Assembly (NCBI GenBank): GCA_016204045.1 | Contig: JACQLQ010000004.1 | Location: 24,981 to 88,980 of the forward strand | DNA length: 64,000 nucleotides | Reading direction: 5' to 3' | Origin: Parcubacteria group bacterium | GTDB lineage: Bacteria; Patescibacteriota; Minisyncoccia; Phycocordibacterales; UBA2135 | Shown here: positions 29,351 through 40,171 of the stretch, piece after piece | Position numbering within the stretch: the stretch's first letter is position 1 | Layout of the letters: every line of letters begins with the position of its first letter | Program-made: the position numbers and the translations under genes | The notes under the pieces: model-generated | Databases searched by the model: none | Told to the model about the DNA's origin: nothing | What the model saw: the letters and a program-made list of their open reading frames with translations, nothing else

Positions 29351-29926
29351 TTAGGATTCTTTTTCTGCTACTTCCCCCTCTCTCGAGCCCGCCTGTGTTC
29401 CTTGTACTTTTTCAAACGCCTCCATTTCTGCCCGCACCGTCGCGTACTCTGAAAGCTCGCTTACGTGGGTAACTCCGAGGTGCGCAAGCAAATCAAACGT
29501 TGGTCGATACAGGAAACTGCGTGTATCTTCGGGATTGGAAACCCGCTCGATCAATCCCCTCACTAGCAAATTTCTTAGGATAAAACTCGAATTAACGCCT
29601 CGTATGTAGTCGATATTACTCCGAGAAAGCGGTCCGCGATAGAGAATAATAGTGAGCGTTTCGAGTGAAGCCTTACCCAGGTCTTTTGACAGTTCTTCCT
29701 TGTTAATTTTTTCGATTAAGGCGCTCACCTCCGGGGCGGTCCCGAGCATAACCTCATCATCTTTCCTTAGAAGAGCAACACCCCGGTCCTTGAGGGCTAC
29801 CCCGAGCGTCACGAGCGCCTCTTCGACCTCCTTTTCGCTTGCACCCAAAAGTCGCCCGAGCTCTTTACCGGTAAGCGGCTCTGCTTTGTGAAAAAGTATG
29901 GATTCAATTTGTTTGTCTAATGACAT
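29351..29926 (-). CDS. scpB: Segregation and condensation protein B
   Basis: IESILF..EPL, LETLTIILYRGP..IDYIRGVNS. Confidence 0.95.
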   Translation of the reverse strand: MSLDKQIESILFHKAEPLTGKELGRLLGASEKEVEEALVTLGVALKDRGVALLRKDDEVMLGTAPEVSALIEKINKEELSKDLGKASLETLTIILYRGPLSRSNIDYIRGVNSSFILRNLLVRGLIERVSNPEDTRSFLYRPTFDLLAHLGVTHVSELSEYATVRAEMEAFEKVQGTQAGSREGEVAEKES

Positions 29927-29933
29927 GAGTCTT

Positions 29934-30686
29934 TCAGAGGTATTTGGGAGTTGCCACATCTCCACTTTCCATTGCTATATCTTCAAAATGCTTATCCTGT
30001 CGCACTGTAATAATACCACGCTTCACAAGCTCTAACATTGCGAGAAAGCTCACGACGATACCAATTGTATCTTTTTTATCACGCGCGAACTCCTTGAAAC
30101 TGATAGCAAGCGCTCCTCGAATGCGCCCCGCCAAATCGTCCATCATCTCCTCGAGCGAAATGACCTTGCGTACCATGATTTGGGGAATATCACTAATCTT
30201 TGGCAATCGCTTAAGTACATTCATTACGGTGGACAACAGGTTCGGCGCCGTAAGTTCGCCCGTTGGCGCAAAGACCGGAATTATATCCTTCGAGGGTTCA
30301 CGATAATAGACGATTGCCGCACCATATCGTTCGCGCACTATGGGGACAAGGTCACGCATTCGCTTGAGAAGGCGTAGGCGTTCTTCAAGGTTCTCGATGT
30401 TCTCCTCCTCTTCTTCTGTGAGAGTAAGCGCCGGAAGCAGTGCCCGCGACTTGATGAGAACCAGCGTCGAGGCGACAAGAATGAAATCGGCCGCTTCTCG
30501 TGTTGGAAATTCGGGAAGTGATTCAATGTACGAGATATAGTCGTCGGTAATCTCGGCAAGCGACACATCGCTTATGTGGAGTTTCCGCTCTTGGATAAGT
30601 GTCAAAAGAAGGTCCAGTGGGCCTTCAAATGTACGCGTCTTTACCTTGTATCCTTGCCCTTCCTGACTACTCATGGAATCAATCAC
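29934..30686 (-). CDS. scpA: Segregation and condensation protein A
   Basis: FEGPLDLLL, IKSRALLP, FLAMLELVK. Confidence 0.95.
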   Translation of the reverse strand: MIDSMSSQEGQGYKVKTRTFEGPLDLLLTLIQERKLHISDVSLAEITDDYISYIESLPEFPTREAADFILVASTLVLIKSRALLPALTLTEEEEENIENLEERLRLLKRMRDLVPIVRERYGAAIVYYREPSKDIIPVFAPTGELTAPNLLSTVMNVLKRLPKISDIPQIMVRKVISLEEMMDDLAGRIRGALAISFKEFARDKKDTIGIVVSFLAMLELVKRGIITVRQDKHFEDIAMESGDVATPKYL

Positions 30687-32077
30687 TTCTTCTTTTTAAT
30701 GGAGATACCAAGCTCATCTAACTGCTTTTGAGCAACGTCGGAAGGGGCGCTCATCATAAGATCCCTCCCCTCTCCTGTCTTCGGGAATGCGATTACTTCG
30801 CGAATGTTGGGTTCGTTTTGGAGCACCATAATAAAGCGATCGATACCTGGGGCTATGCCACCATGGGGCGGCACTCCACGCCGAAATGCCTCGAGCATGT
30901 GCGCAAACTCTTTTTGTTGTCGTTCGTCAAAGCCAATGAGCTTAAAGATCTTTTGCTGAAGATCGGAATTGTGAATGCGGATACTGCCACCCCCGACTTC
31001 GTAGCCGTTCAGAACCATGTCGTGTTGGTAAGAGCGCACAGAGCCCGGGTCCGTATCGAGTTTTCCTAAGTCTTCCTCCTTTGGGGCTGTGAACATGTGA
31101 TGGCTTGGCGCAAAGTGACCATTCTCAAGGGTGGGCTCGAAAAGCGGAAAATCAAGTACCCACACAAAAGCCAGAAGATCGGGGTCTTCTTTGTTCTCGC
31201 GAATATCCGGTCGGTCGGTTCCGTACTTCTTCATTGCCTCCTCATAGCTCATGCGCGGCCACGGGGTTTGCTGCATGCGTTTCTTCGGGTAGAGCTCCTG
31301 CACAATTGAGGTGTAAAGCTCCTCTGTTAGATTCAAAATCTCCTCCTGTGTTGGAAATGCCATCTCAATATCAAGCTGGGTGAATTCGGCTTGCCTGTCG
31401 CCACGCATGTCTTCATCGCGAAATACGCGGGCAACCTGAAAGTACCGCTCAAAGCCGGAGGCCATGAGAAGTTGTTTGTATTGCTGGGGTGATTGCGGCA
31501 AGGCGTAGAACTTACCTTGGTCCAACCGCGAGGGCACGATGTAGTCTCTCGCTCCTTCGGGGGTCGACTTCGTCAAAATAGGAGTCTCAATCTCCACAAA
31601 ACCTCGTTGCCCTAAAAAGGCGCGCATGTACTGTATGACCTTGTCACGCATGCGCATGTTTTTCTGGAGACGCGCTCGGCGCAAATCGAGATAACGATAT
31701 TTGAGACGAGTCTCTTCGCTCACCTCATACCCTGGAGTTCCAAGGTCAAAGAGTGGTGTTTCGGCGCTGTTCAATACCTCGAGGGCTGTGAACTCGAGCT
31801 CTATGTCGCCGTTGTCTTGCTCGGCGTTCACCATCTTTTCGGGGCGTTTGTTGACCATCGCCTTTCCTTTGATGACCCATTCCTGCCGTAGTGTGTCTGC
31901 TATGTGGTGCGCGGTTTCGTGTGTGGGTTTCGCAACGGTTTGCACCAGTCCTGTCTCATCACGAAGATCGAGGAAGATGAGCTTCCCGTGGTCGCGGCGA
32001 CCTGAAATCCACCCCGCAACAGTAACCTCTTTGCCGACGTGTGAGTGTAAATCCTTAATGTAAGTACGAGATACCAT
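30683..32077 (-). CDS. aspS: Aspartate--tRNA ligase (short form without GAD insert)
   Basis: RRDHGKLIFLDLRD, FYALPQSPQQYKQLLM, GGGSIRIH, PPHGGIA. Confidence 0.96.
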   Translation of the reverse strand: MVSRTYIKDLHSHVGKEVTVAGWISGRRDHGKLIFLDLRDETGLVQTVAKPTHETAHHIADTLRQEWVIKGKAMVNKRPEKMVNAEQDNGDIELEFTALEVLNSAETPLFDLGTPGYEVSEETRLKYRYLDLRRARLQKNMRMRDKVIQYMRAFLGQRGFVEIETPILTKSTPEGARDYIVPSRLDQGKFYALPQSPQQYKQLLMASGFERYFQVARVFRDEDMRGDRQAEFTQLDIEMAFPTQEEILNLTEELYTSIVQELYPKKRMQQTPWPRMSYEEAMKKYGTDRPDIRENKEDPDLLAFVWVLDFPLFEPTLENGHFAPSHHMFTAPKEEDLGKLDTDPGSVRSYQHDMVLNGYEVGGGSIRIHNSDLQQKIFKLIGFDERQQKEFAHMLEAFRRGVPPHGGIAPGIDRFIMVLQNEPNIREVIAFPKTGEGRDLMMSAPSDVAQKQLDELGISIKKKK

Positions 32078-32085
32078 ATGTTTGT

Positions 32086-33036
32086 TTATCGAACGCCAAC
32101 TTTAGCACGAACATCGCGCATCTTGGTAGACGCAATCGCTCTCGCCCTCTCCCCTCCTTCTCGCAGAAGCGCGTCAACATCGTACTCTTTCTCGAGCTTC
32201 TCGCGCTTTTCTCGCATCGGCGCAATAAATGCATCCAAATCTTCGACAAGCGCCTCCTTGAGCGCTTTGTAATTCCCCACATGTGCGTCGTACAAGGGCT
32301 CCAATACTTGGGCATCTCGAAGGAGTCGGTGGATTGCAAATACATTTTCTGGACGGCCTCCTTTAGAATCCGTGACAATGGCCATGACCTTTTCTACGAT
32401 GACTTCGCGTGATGCAAAAAGTGGAATGTAGTTATTGTAACTCTTTGACATCTTGCGCCCATCAAGCCCTGGCACCGTCGCAACTTCCTTCATAATGCGC
32501 TCTTCTGGAAGTTTGAAGGTCTCACCAAAAAGTCGATTGAATTTCTCTGCCGTATCTCGCGCAAACTCGACATGCTGTTTTTGATCTTGCCCGACAGGAA
32601 CAACGTCCGTATCATAGAGCAAAATGTCCGCCGCCATAAGCATTGGGTAATCAAAAGTACCGACAGACACCTCCTCACCCTTAGCTTCTGCATCCTTGTA
32701 CGCGTGTCCACGCGAGAGATAGGAGACGGTCGTGATGCAGTTAAAAATCCAAGCAAGTTCAGTGTGTTCGGGAACGTCGGATTGGCGAAAAAGAAGTACT
32801 TTCTTGGGATCGAGCCCGACCGAGAGATAGCCGAGAATAACTTCTCTGACAAAACTCTTAAGTAGTTTTGGATCGTGGAGTGTCGTCAGCGCGTGATAGT
32901 CTGGGATGAAAAAAGTGCTCTCGTATTCACTCTGAAGCTCCACTGACTGCTTCATCATGCCGAAATAGTTGCCGATATGGAGAAGCCCCGTCGGCTTGAT
33001 GCCGGAGAGCATTTTCTTCCTCTCTTTCATCCCCAT
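32086..33036 (-). CDS. trpS: Tryptophan--tRNA ligase
   Basis: SGIKPTG.LHIGN, YPMLMAADIL, VPVGQDQ, KMSKS. Confidence 0.97.
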   Translation of the reverse strand: MGMKERKKMLSGIKPTGLLHIGNYFGMMKQSVELQSEYESTFFIPDYHALTTLHDPKLLKSFVREVILGYLSVGLDPKKVLLFRQSDVPEHTELAWIFNCITTVSYLSRGHAYKDAEAKGEEVSVGTFDYPMLMAADILLYDTDVVPVGQDQKQHVEFARDTAEKFNRLFGETFKLPEERIMKEVATVPGLDGRKMSKSYNNYIPLFASREVIVEKVMAIVTDSKGGRPENVFAIHRLLRDAQVLEPLYDAHVGNYKALKEALVEDLDAFIAPMREKREKLEKEYDVDALLREGGERARAIASTKMRDVRAKVGVR

Positions 33037-33176
33037 ATCCTAACAGCAAAAAACGGAACAAGCAACGTAAACATTGGTTATATTGCCGGCCGAGACATGC
33101 GAATACGGGAATGATTTACAACCGCCATGGAAGTGTAGTATTGTGAGCCTAGTGTCCTTGACGTAGGAGCAAAGTT

Positions 33177-33701
33177 GTGACACACACAGGGACTTCAGTT
33201 CCGCCGCTCGTGACCCGATTGGCTCGAGAGCTCGGACTTTCTCTCGCGTTCGTAGAAGCTGCGCAGAGACGTGAGGATGAGCAAAGTGAGTGGGGCACTT
33301 TGTGGGCAATTGCCAGAAACGAAGATACTCCCGTCACTGTGTTAAGCAAGCTCGCAACACACGACGGTGCTGATGTGCGCCTTGCTATCGTAATGAATCG
33401 TAAGACGCCCGAGGAGCTTCTGGTCCGTTTTGTGAACGACGAGGGTCCAATTATCCGGCGCGAGACAGCGACGAGGTTGTCGACCCAGACCGAAGCATTG
33501 CGCACTCTGGCAAAAGACGCAGACTCGAGCGTGCGGGTAGCTGTTGGGGCAAATCAAAACACACCCATTGATGTCCTTGAGGAGATGACTTCAGACTCTG
33601 AGGAGAGCGTACGTCTTGCCGTAGCGACGAACAAAGCTTCGCCTGACCACGTTAAGACAAAAGCGCGCGCACCAAGAGTGGTGTCAAAACCAAAAGCCTA
33701 G
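33177..33701 (+). CDS. Leucine-rich-repeat-variant / HEAT-like repeat protein
   Basis: Repeats of about 24 aa, VRxAVAxNxxTPxxVLxxLAxD. Confidence 0.8.
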   Translation: MTHTGTSVPPLVTRLARELGLSLAFVEAAQRREDEQSEWGTLWAIARNEDTPVTVLSKLATHDGADVRLAIVMNRKTPEELLVRFVNDEGPIIRRETATRLSTQTEALRTLAKDADSSVRVAVGANQNTPIDVLEEMTSDSEESVRLAVATNKASPDHVKTKARAPRVVSKPKA

Positions 33702-33713
33702 GCTTTTGGTTTT
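33686..33713. terminator. Perfect 28-bp palindrome / terminator overlapping the stop codon
   Basis: aaaaccaaaagcctaggcttttggtttt followed by a T-tract. Confidence 0.65.
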
Positions 33714-33738
33714 TTTGTTTTATCGAGCGAAGAAACCT

Positions 33739-35373
33739 CTATTTCCCCGTCGGCAACTCAATATAGAACGTCGATCCCTTACCCTTACCCTCTGATTCAA
33801 CCCAAATCCTTCCATGATGCGCATCGACTATCTGTTTTGCGATATAGAGTCCGAGCCCAGTACCTCCTGTATTTACCTTAAAGGCGCCGTCAGCTCGAGA
33901 AAACTTCTGGAAGAGTTTTTCGGCATCCTCCTTCCCAACACCAACGCCCGTGTCAGCAACCGCAAGTCGCACAAGGTTCTTGCCGGGAACAAGTGCGGTC
34001 GAAATAGTAATCCCCCCTTCTTTGGTATATTTGACGGCATTATCAATAATGTTTTCGATAACTTGGCTTAGCTTACCGGAGTCGCCGATGATACTGCATG
34101 CGTCTTCTTCTCCGACACGCATTTTGAGAACAAGCCCCTTCTTCTCTATCGTCGGACGAAACTCCTTCACAATATCGCGCACACGCTCGCAAAGGTCTAT
34201 TGTCTGAAATTCATATTTGAGCCGGTTCTGCTCGATACGGGAAATGGTGAGGAAGTCTTCCACCACCTTGACGAGCCGATCGCTGGAGACAAACACTCGG
34301 TCCAGGGCCTCTCGCGCCTTGGGGGGGAATTCTCCAAACGATCCCTCGATAAGCATGGAAACGTAGCCCTTGATAGCGGTGAGGGGGCTCCGAAGCTGAT
34401 GCGAAGCAAGCGAGAGAAACTCGGACTTCCGCTGGTCAAGCTCTTTCAACTTCTCGTTAGCCGCGGCAAGCTCTCCCGCCAGACGCTCAACCTCCTCGCG
34501 CGCCTTCACCTCCTGGAGCACGCTTCGAATGAGGAGGATGCCGAAAACAATAGTAACAAGGAGAAGGACGACGTTGATGATGCGATCCCCTGTGTCACTC
34601 GAGGCAATCGTCCGGGCAAGCAAAATAACCCAAATACCCACGGTAAGCACCTCCGCGAAGATAACCTTGAGGTTAAAGAAGTTGTATCTCATGAGGTTGT
34701 AGAGCCCAATGCCGGTGAGAGCGGTCGTGACCAAAATAGGATTGATATAGAACAAAGAAAAGTTCCCGAAGAGTGGGAAGACGAGGTTAAAAACAATACC
34801 AAGTGTGCCTGCGGCAAAATTTGCGAGAAGTGCAAAGCGTATTTGTTGCCTCGCACTTACGAGAGCCTTCTCTGGCGAACGGAGTTTTGCCCAAAAAACA
34901 GCGATACCCGCCAAGAACACTGCTGTTAGCATTGCGATAAAAGCAATGTACCCAGGCAGATTAAAAATGATCCGGTCACCTACACTTTCTCCTCCAAGAA
35001 TTGCTTTGAGCACTAAGTCGGTGGTCGGTATAGAAAGAAGAAGCCCAATGGTGACGACAGAAACCAGAGATGGGATAAAGAACGGAACCCGTGATGGAAC
35101 TGGGTAATACAGCGCAAACCAAAAGAAGGAGAGATAGGCGATGTAGCCGAAGATGTAATGGAGGTTTGCCGCCGCCGCAAAGACTTCGAAGGGGAAGACA
35201 TCGACGAGCGTGAGCAGGGTCGCAATCGACCACAAGCTTGCAAAGACTGATATGAGCACATAAAAGAGGACGCTTCTTGTGCGCGTACTATGAAAATACA
35301 CCAAGCCAGCAAAGGCGAGGTTAATAACGGCGAAGATGATGAGAAATACTCCTAAGACGTTGCCGTAGAGCAT
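33739..35373 (-). CDS. Membrane sensor histidine kinase with multi-pass (HisKA_7TM-like) N-terminus; no cognate regulator nearby
   Basis: About 9 TM segments, SHQLRSPLT H-box, NIIDNAVKYT, DTGVG, GGTGLGL. Confidence 0.93.
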   Translation of the reverse strand: MLYGNVLGVFLIIFAVINLAFAGLVYFHSTRTRSVLFYVLISVFASLWSIATLLTLVDVFPFEVFAAAANLHYIFGYIAYLSFFWFALYYPVPSRVPFFIPSLVSVVTIGLLLSIPTTDLVLKAILGGESVGDRIIFNLPGYIAFIAMLTAVFLAGIAVFWAKLRSPEKALVSARQQIRFALLANFAAGTLGIVFNLVFPLFGNFSLFYINPILVTTALTGIGLYNLMRYNFFNLKVIFAEVLTVGIWVILLARTIASSDTGDRIINVVLLLVTIVFGILLIRSVLQEVKAREEVERLAGELAAANEKLKELDQRKSEFLSLASHQLRSPLTAIKGYVSMLIEGSFGEFPPKAREALDRVFVSSDRLVKVVEDFLTISRIEQNRLKYEFQTIDLCERVRDIVKEFRPTIEKKGLVLKMRVGEEDACSIIGDSGKLSQVIENIIDNAVKYTKEGGITISTALVPGKNLVRLAVADTGVGVGKEDAEKLFQKFSRADGAFKVNTGGTGLGLYIAKQIVDAHHGRIWVESEGKGKGSTFYIELPTGK

Positions 35374-35465
35374 AGTGTGATCTTTCAATCTTTATACTAC
35401 CACAGGGCAATATACCTATGTGGAGAGAAACATATAAAAAGCCGCTCGAGAGCGGCTCAAAAACA

Positions 35466-36224
35466 TTACGTAATATCTAGCGCATCAACACGTGCCCGCT
35501 CGAGTACCTCTTCGGCCGCTTGGCTAAAAAGCAACTCGACTGCCTTAGTCTCACGCTTCATGTCTTCTGCAACGACGATAGAATCCTCAGACGGATGCAC
35601 TGCGCGAGCCAGATCTTCATCGATCTCGAGGTGTGATGGCCCATCGTGGTGCGCAATGTGCAACTCCCCCCAGGCAAACTGACCGTCGAGCTGTTCCGTG
35701 AATGGACGCGAACCACAGAGAAAGGCGGAGAGCTCTTCCGCGATGTATTCGGTTGCGGCAAGCGCACAGAAGAACTTGAAAGGATCGTCTGTATACGCCT
35801 TATCGATAAGCGCCTGAATGCAATGCACTCTCTCTCGAGCCACCCCGAGTGTGGTCAGATTGAGCCCCATCTTGGAAGCATCGTCATGCCATGTGCGAGC
35901 GTGCTCACCCTCTTCTTCGTGCATCTGACGAAGGACGTGAGCGGCGGAAACAAAGTACTGTTGTGCAATCTCGGTGCTAAAGCGGCCCTTGAGAAGCCTA
36001 CGGAGGGGCAGCCTCTTCGACTGCGCATCAATTGCTTTCTCAAATTCGTACACAAACGGCCAGAAGCCAACGAGGAGCGCCCGCATGGCTGTCGGGCTGC
36101 CTCTGCCACAATTCGCGATGAGTGTCGAACCCTCGACAAGACCGCGAGCAAAGCCACGAAGAAATCCTCGATCAACAATAGGATTGGGATAGAGCAACCA
36201 ATGCTTTCCCGCCGGTTTCGTCAT
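35466..36224 (-). CDS. Heme-oxygenase-like diiron enzyme (UndA/TenA/PqqC superfamily)
   Basis: MRALLVGFWPFVYEF, EEGEHARTW, ALAATEYIAE, WGELH...HDGPSH parallel UndA motifs recalled from memory; SD ggagga; TTGACA promoter. Confidence 0.7.
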   Translation of the reverse strand: MTKPAGKHWLLYPNPIVDRGFLRGFARGLVEGSTLIANCGRGSPTAMRALLVGFWPFVYEFEKAIDAQSKRLPLRRLLKGRFSTEIAQQYFVSAAHVLRQMHEEEGEHARTWHDDASKMGLNLTTLGVARERVHCIQALIDKAYTDDPFKFFCALAATEYIAEELSAFLCGSRPFTEQLDGQFAWGELHIAHHDGPSHLEIDEDLARAVHPSEDSIVVAEDMKRETKAVELLFSQAAEEVLERARVDALDIT

Positions 36225-36364
36225 CAGAGTTCCTCCACGTACCAGAACTGATCCTAGAGTAATATATGAAAAGGTCTGTGTCAAACTCAAAGGTTGGTCT
36301 GTACAATTAAAAAATGAAGCCGCCGGTTTCCCAGCGGCTTCGATACAACGCAACGTCTCGACTG

Positions 36365-36907
36365 TCAGCTTGCCGCCGAGGTGGTCTGCCCCTTGAATGC
36401 GGCGGCCTCGTCCTGGACTTGCATCTGCTCATACTCGCTCGCAAGCCCGCCAGCACCGAGGTCGTGCACAACGCGGTTGACGATCCGCTCCCAGTTCGAG
36501 TCGAGCGGAATGTCGTACAACCATGCGCGATACTGCCGCACCTCATTGCCTTGGAGACCAGTGACCACGCTCGGATCAAGGTAACTCGCCTCACCCTTCC
36601 TGAAGAGCTTCAATTCCCCCAACTCGGGAATCGTCGCCTCGATGGTGTTGCCGTCTAAGAAGGGTTGACCTTCGAAGAAGGTGATCACAATCGGATCTGG
36701 GGTCTGTCGAACCCATTCGCTCTGCGGGGTCTTTTTCTCCGCCACCCAGATGACTTCGATGATGTTCTCCCTGCCCTCGCGACGAACCCCCTTCACAGGT
36801 CCACGGAGGACACTGCCGTCCCTACGCATGACTTGGACGTCACCGAATTTCATCTGGGGGTTATTCCCACGCGAGACGACGTCAAACCACGTTATTTGTG
36901 CCCTCAT
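36365..36907 (-). CDS. Hypothetical protein
   Basis: SD ggagga before ATG 36907, TTGACT..TATAAT promoter, biased codons. Confidence 0.7.
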   Translation of the reverse strand: MRAQITWFDVVSRGNNPQMKFGDVQVMRRDGSVLRGPVKGVRREGRENIIEVIWVAEKKTPQSEWVRQTPDPIVITFFEGQPFLDGNTIEATIPELGELKLFRKGEASYLDPSVVTGLQGNEVRQYRAWLYDIPLDSNWERIVNRVVHDLGAGGLASEYEQMQVQDEAAAFKGQTTSAAS

Positions 36908-37077
36908 CCTGTTCCTCCAACAAGGTACTTTTCTGCGGCAGGATGCCACAGAAGGTATCGGCCCTTAAGCCGATTATGACTGGATTATATCATAAATAGA
37001 CAAAAAGTCAATAATTAACACAGCCGCCCTTAGGCGGCTGTGTTGGAAACAACAATATTAAAAATTTGGAAGTTGCT

Positions 37078-38169
37078 TTAGATCCCCTCTTTTCTAAGCT
37101 TCTCGATGAGCTCTTTGGTGCGCTCGGAAAGATTTGACGGGAGATTGACGTTTAACTTTACAAGGAGGTCACCCTTGCGCCCCCCTTCCAAAGGCACACC
37201 CTTTCCTTTTACTCGAAGTTTTTCGTTTAAGCCGACTCCGGCAGGAATCTTTACCTTGAGTACAGAGCCATCAAGCGCGTGCACTGGGTATGTGGCGCCG
37301 AGGAGCGCGTCAGTTAACTTGATGTTCAAATTCATAACGAGGTCATTGCCATCTCTACGGAAATACGGATGCCGCGCAACATGAACCCGAACATACAAGT
37401 CGCCTGGTGTCCCTTTGAGCACAGCTTCACCTGTTCCGGGTTCGCGAATCACGCTACCGTCCTCAATACCAGCAGGAATACGGATAGTGATTTCTTCTTG
37501 TCTTCGGAGTACGCCCATACCGCGACACTCGTGACATGTTTCGTTAGGTACTTTGCCTTCTCCTTTGCATTCATCACATTCCCGAACGCTCGTAATGGTG
37601 CCGAGCACCGTCGAGCGTGTTTCGTGGAACCGTCCTTGTCCGTTACATGGTACGCAAGTCTTGGTTCCCGTACCCGGTTCCCCACCAGTGCCACTGCATA
37701 CGGTGCACTTTGTCGTCTTGGCGAGCAATACTGTGCGCTCTACACCATACGCTCCTTCGGCAAAAGAGACGTCGATATCTATTGAAATGTCTCTCCCTCG
37801 AGGTGTCCCGCTTCGAAAACCGCCTCGCCAGTTTCCGGATCCGGCAACACCGCCAAAAAAATCTTCGAAGATATCTCCCAAGTCGAATCCCGCGCTACCG
37901 AATCCTCCCGAACCAAAGGGGAATCCGCCTCGGTTGGCGCCCCCCCCTTGGGCTCCACTGAAAACACTTCCGTACGCGTCGTACTCCGCGCGGCGCTTGT
38001 CATCCGAAAGTGTGTAATATGCTTCGCTAATTTCTTTGAACTTACTTTCATCCCCTGTCTCTTTGTTGTCAGGATGAAACTTGCGCGCAAGTTGGTGGTA
38101 CGCTTTTTTGATATTCTCCTTTGTGGCGCCCTTCGAAACACCGAGAACTTGGTAATAGTCTTTTGGCAT
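37078..38169 (-). CDS. dnaJ: Chaperone DnaJ
   Basis: J domain HPD, G/F region, four CxxCxGxG repeats. Confidence 0.97.
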   Translation of the reverse strand: MPKDYYQVLGVSKGATKENIKKAYHQLARKFHPDNKETGDESKFKEISEAYYTLSDDKRRAEYDAYGSVFSGAQGGGANRGGFPFGSGGFGSAGFDLGDIFEDFFGGVAGSGNWRGGFRSGTPRGRDISIDIDVSFAEGAYGVERTVLLAKTTKCTVCSGTGGEPGTGTKTCVPCNGQGRFHETRSTVLGTITSVRECDECKGEGKVPNETCHECRGMGVLRRQEEITIRIPAGIEDGSVIREPGTGEAVLKGTPGDLYVRVHVARHPYFRRDGNDLVMNLNIKLTDALLGATYPVHALDGSVLKVKIPAGVGLNEKLRVKGKGVPLEGGRKGDLLVKLNVNLPSNLSERTKELIEKLRKEGI

Positions 38170-38234
38170 AGAGGTAGTATAGTATCACTTTTGATTGTAG
38201 CAAGCCTCTAAAAGAGTGCAACGGGTTTGACACA

Positions 38235-40151
38235 TTACTCTTTTTTGTTCGTGTCGCCCCCTTCACTGCCACCTTCACCTCCTTCGCCAGCGTCGTACTC
38301 TGCGTCGCGAGTGCCATCTTCGGGAGCAGCCTGGGGACCCTTGGTAGAGCCATTACCCGCCATAGATTCGCCGATTTTCTGGAGTGAGGTGTTCAGATCT
38401 TCGACGGCCTTCTTGAGCGTCTCGGTGTTGTCCCCTTCAAGGGCCTTTTTCACGTCACCGATCTTGCTCTCGACATCCGTCTTAACCTCCGCTGGAACTT
38501 TGTCGCCATAATCCCTGATTGCTTTTTCGGCAGTGTATACCAATGTTTCCGCGGCATTTCGCACTTCTGCAAGCAAGCGCTTCTTCTCATCTTCAGAAGC
38601 ATGAGCCTCCGCCTCTTTCTTCATCCGCTCCACATCTTCATCTTTAATATTGGCGCTCGCCTCAATACGAATCGATTGTTCCTTGCCGCTTGCTTTGTCG
38701 CGGGCCTTCACCGTCAAAATCCCGTTCGCATTGATATCAAAGATTACCTCGACTTGGGGGATACCGCGCGGAGATGGCGGAATGCCGTCCAGAATAAACT
38801 TACCGAGGGTCTTGTTATCAGCAGCCATCGGACGCTCACCCTGCACCACATGCACCTCTACTGATGTCTGGTTGTCAGCGGCTGTTGAGAATGTTTGCTT
38901 CCGCTCCGTTGGAATAGTGGTGTTGCGCTCTATAACCTTAGTTGCAACACCTCCAAGCGTCTCAATCCCAAGTGAGAGCGGGGTCACATCCAAAAGCAGG
39001 ATGTCTTTTACGTCGCCCTGGAGAATGCCAGCCTGAATTGCGGCACCGGCGGCAACCACTTCGTCCGGGTTAATGCTCTTGTTTGGCTCTTTTCCAAATA
39101 ACTCCTTAACCGCACGAACAATCGCCGGCATGCGGGTTTGACCACCCACCAAAATCACTTCCTCGATTTCGGCGTACGTAAACTTTGATACCTCCATGGC
39201 ACGCTTCGTTATCTCAATAGACTTTGAGATGTAGGATTCGGCAAGCGCTTCGAGCTTGGCCCGTGATAGCTTGGTCACGAGGTGCTTAGGTCCATTCTGG
39301 TCCGAGGTGATAAACGGAAGGTTGATCTCAGCTTCCATCACTTCTGAAAGCTCGTGTTTCGCCTTCTCTGCCGCTTCTTTAAGGCGCTGGAGTGCCAATG
39401 GGTCCTTTGAGATATCAATACCGTTTTCCTTTTTAAACTCCCCTGCGAGATGGCGTACTATCTCACGGTCAATATCTTCTCCACCCATGTGACTATCCCC
39501 ATCAGTCGCCTTAACCTCTATGACTTCGTCCCCCACCTCAAGGACGGTAATATCAAAGGTTCCTCCACCAAAATCATACACTGCGATCTTTTCGTTTTTC
39601 TTTTTTTGAAAACCATAAGCAAGGGCCGCCGCTGTTGGCTCGTTTAAGATACGCCGCACATTGAAACCAGCGATCTCTCCGGCAACTTTAGTCGCCTTGC
39701 GCTGTGAGTCATCGAAATAGGCGGGCACGGTGATGACCACCTCGGTTATCTTCTCGCCGAGTTTTGCTTCCGCGTCACGCTTAAGCTTCTGCAAGATGAC
39801 CGCAGAGATTTCTTCCGGGGTGTGACGCTTGTCACCCATTGTAACTTTGACGCCTTCCGCATCCCCTTTGATTACCTCAAAGGAGACTTCCCCTTTTTCT
39901 TTTTGGATAGTAGGGTCTAGGAAGCGGTGCCCCATAAACCGCTTAATACCCGTAACTGTGTTTTGCGGGTTTGTTACTGATTGCCTTTTTGCGACAAGGC
40001 CGACAAGCCGCTCACCGTTCTTTGCGACAGCAACAACAGACGGGGTTGTCCGCCCGCCTTCAGCATTCTCTATAATTTTTGGTGTACCACCCTCGACGAT
40101 AGCCATCGCTGAGTTTGTGGTACCGAGATCAATTCCGAGTATTTTTGGCAT
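38235..40151 (-). CDS. dnaK: Chaperone DnaK
   Basis: [34 protein letters not shown]. Confidence 0.99.
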   Translation of the reverse strand: MPKILGIDLGTTNSAMAIVEGGTPKIIENAEGGRTTPSVVAVAKNGERLVGLVAKRQSVTNPQNTVTGIKRFMGHRFLDPTIQKEKGEVSFEVIKGDAEGVKVTMGDKRHTPEEISAVILQKLKRDAEAKLGEKITEVVITVPAYFDDSQRKATKVAGEIAGFNVRRILNEPTAAALAYGFQKKKNEKIAVYDFGGGTFDITVLEVGDEVIEVKATDGDSHMGGEDIDREIVRHLAGEFKKENGIDISKDPLALQRLKEAAEKAKHELSEVMEAEINLPFITSDQNGPKHLVTKLSRAKLEALAESYISKSIEITKRAMEVSKFTYAEIEEVILVGGQTRMPAIVRAVKELFGKEPNKSINPDEVVAAGAAIQAGILQGDVKDILLLDVTPLSLGIETLGGVATKVIERNTTIPTERKQTFSTAADNQTSVEVHVVQGERPMAADNKTLGKFILDGIPPSPRGIPQVEVIFDINANGILTVKARDKASGKEQSIRIEASANIKDEDVERMKKEAEAHASEDEKKRLLAEVRNAAETLVYTAEKAIRDYGDKVPAEVKTDVESKIGDVKKALEGDNTETLKKAVEDLNTSLQKIGESMAGNGSTKGPQAAPEDGTRDAEYDAGEGGEGGSEGGDTNKKE

Positions 40152-40171
40152 ATAGATTAGAATTTTGAAAT

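Noticed and set aside
38197-38222. CIRCE-like sequence upstream of dnaJ (GTTGCACTC...GCTTGCTAC)
   Set aside because: The right arm is degenerate and the spacing is off by one; it may simply be promoter sequence.
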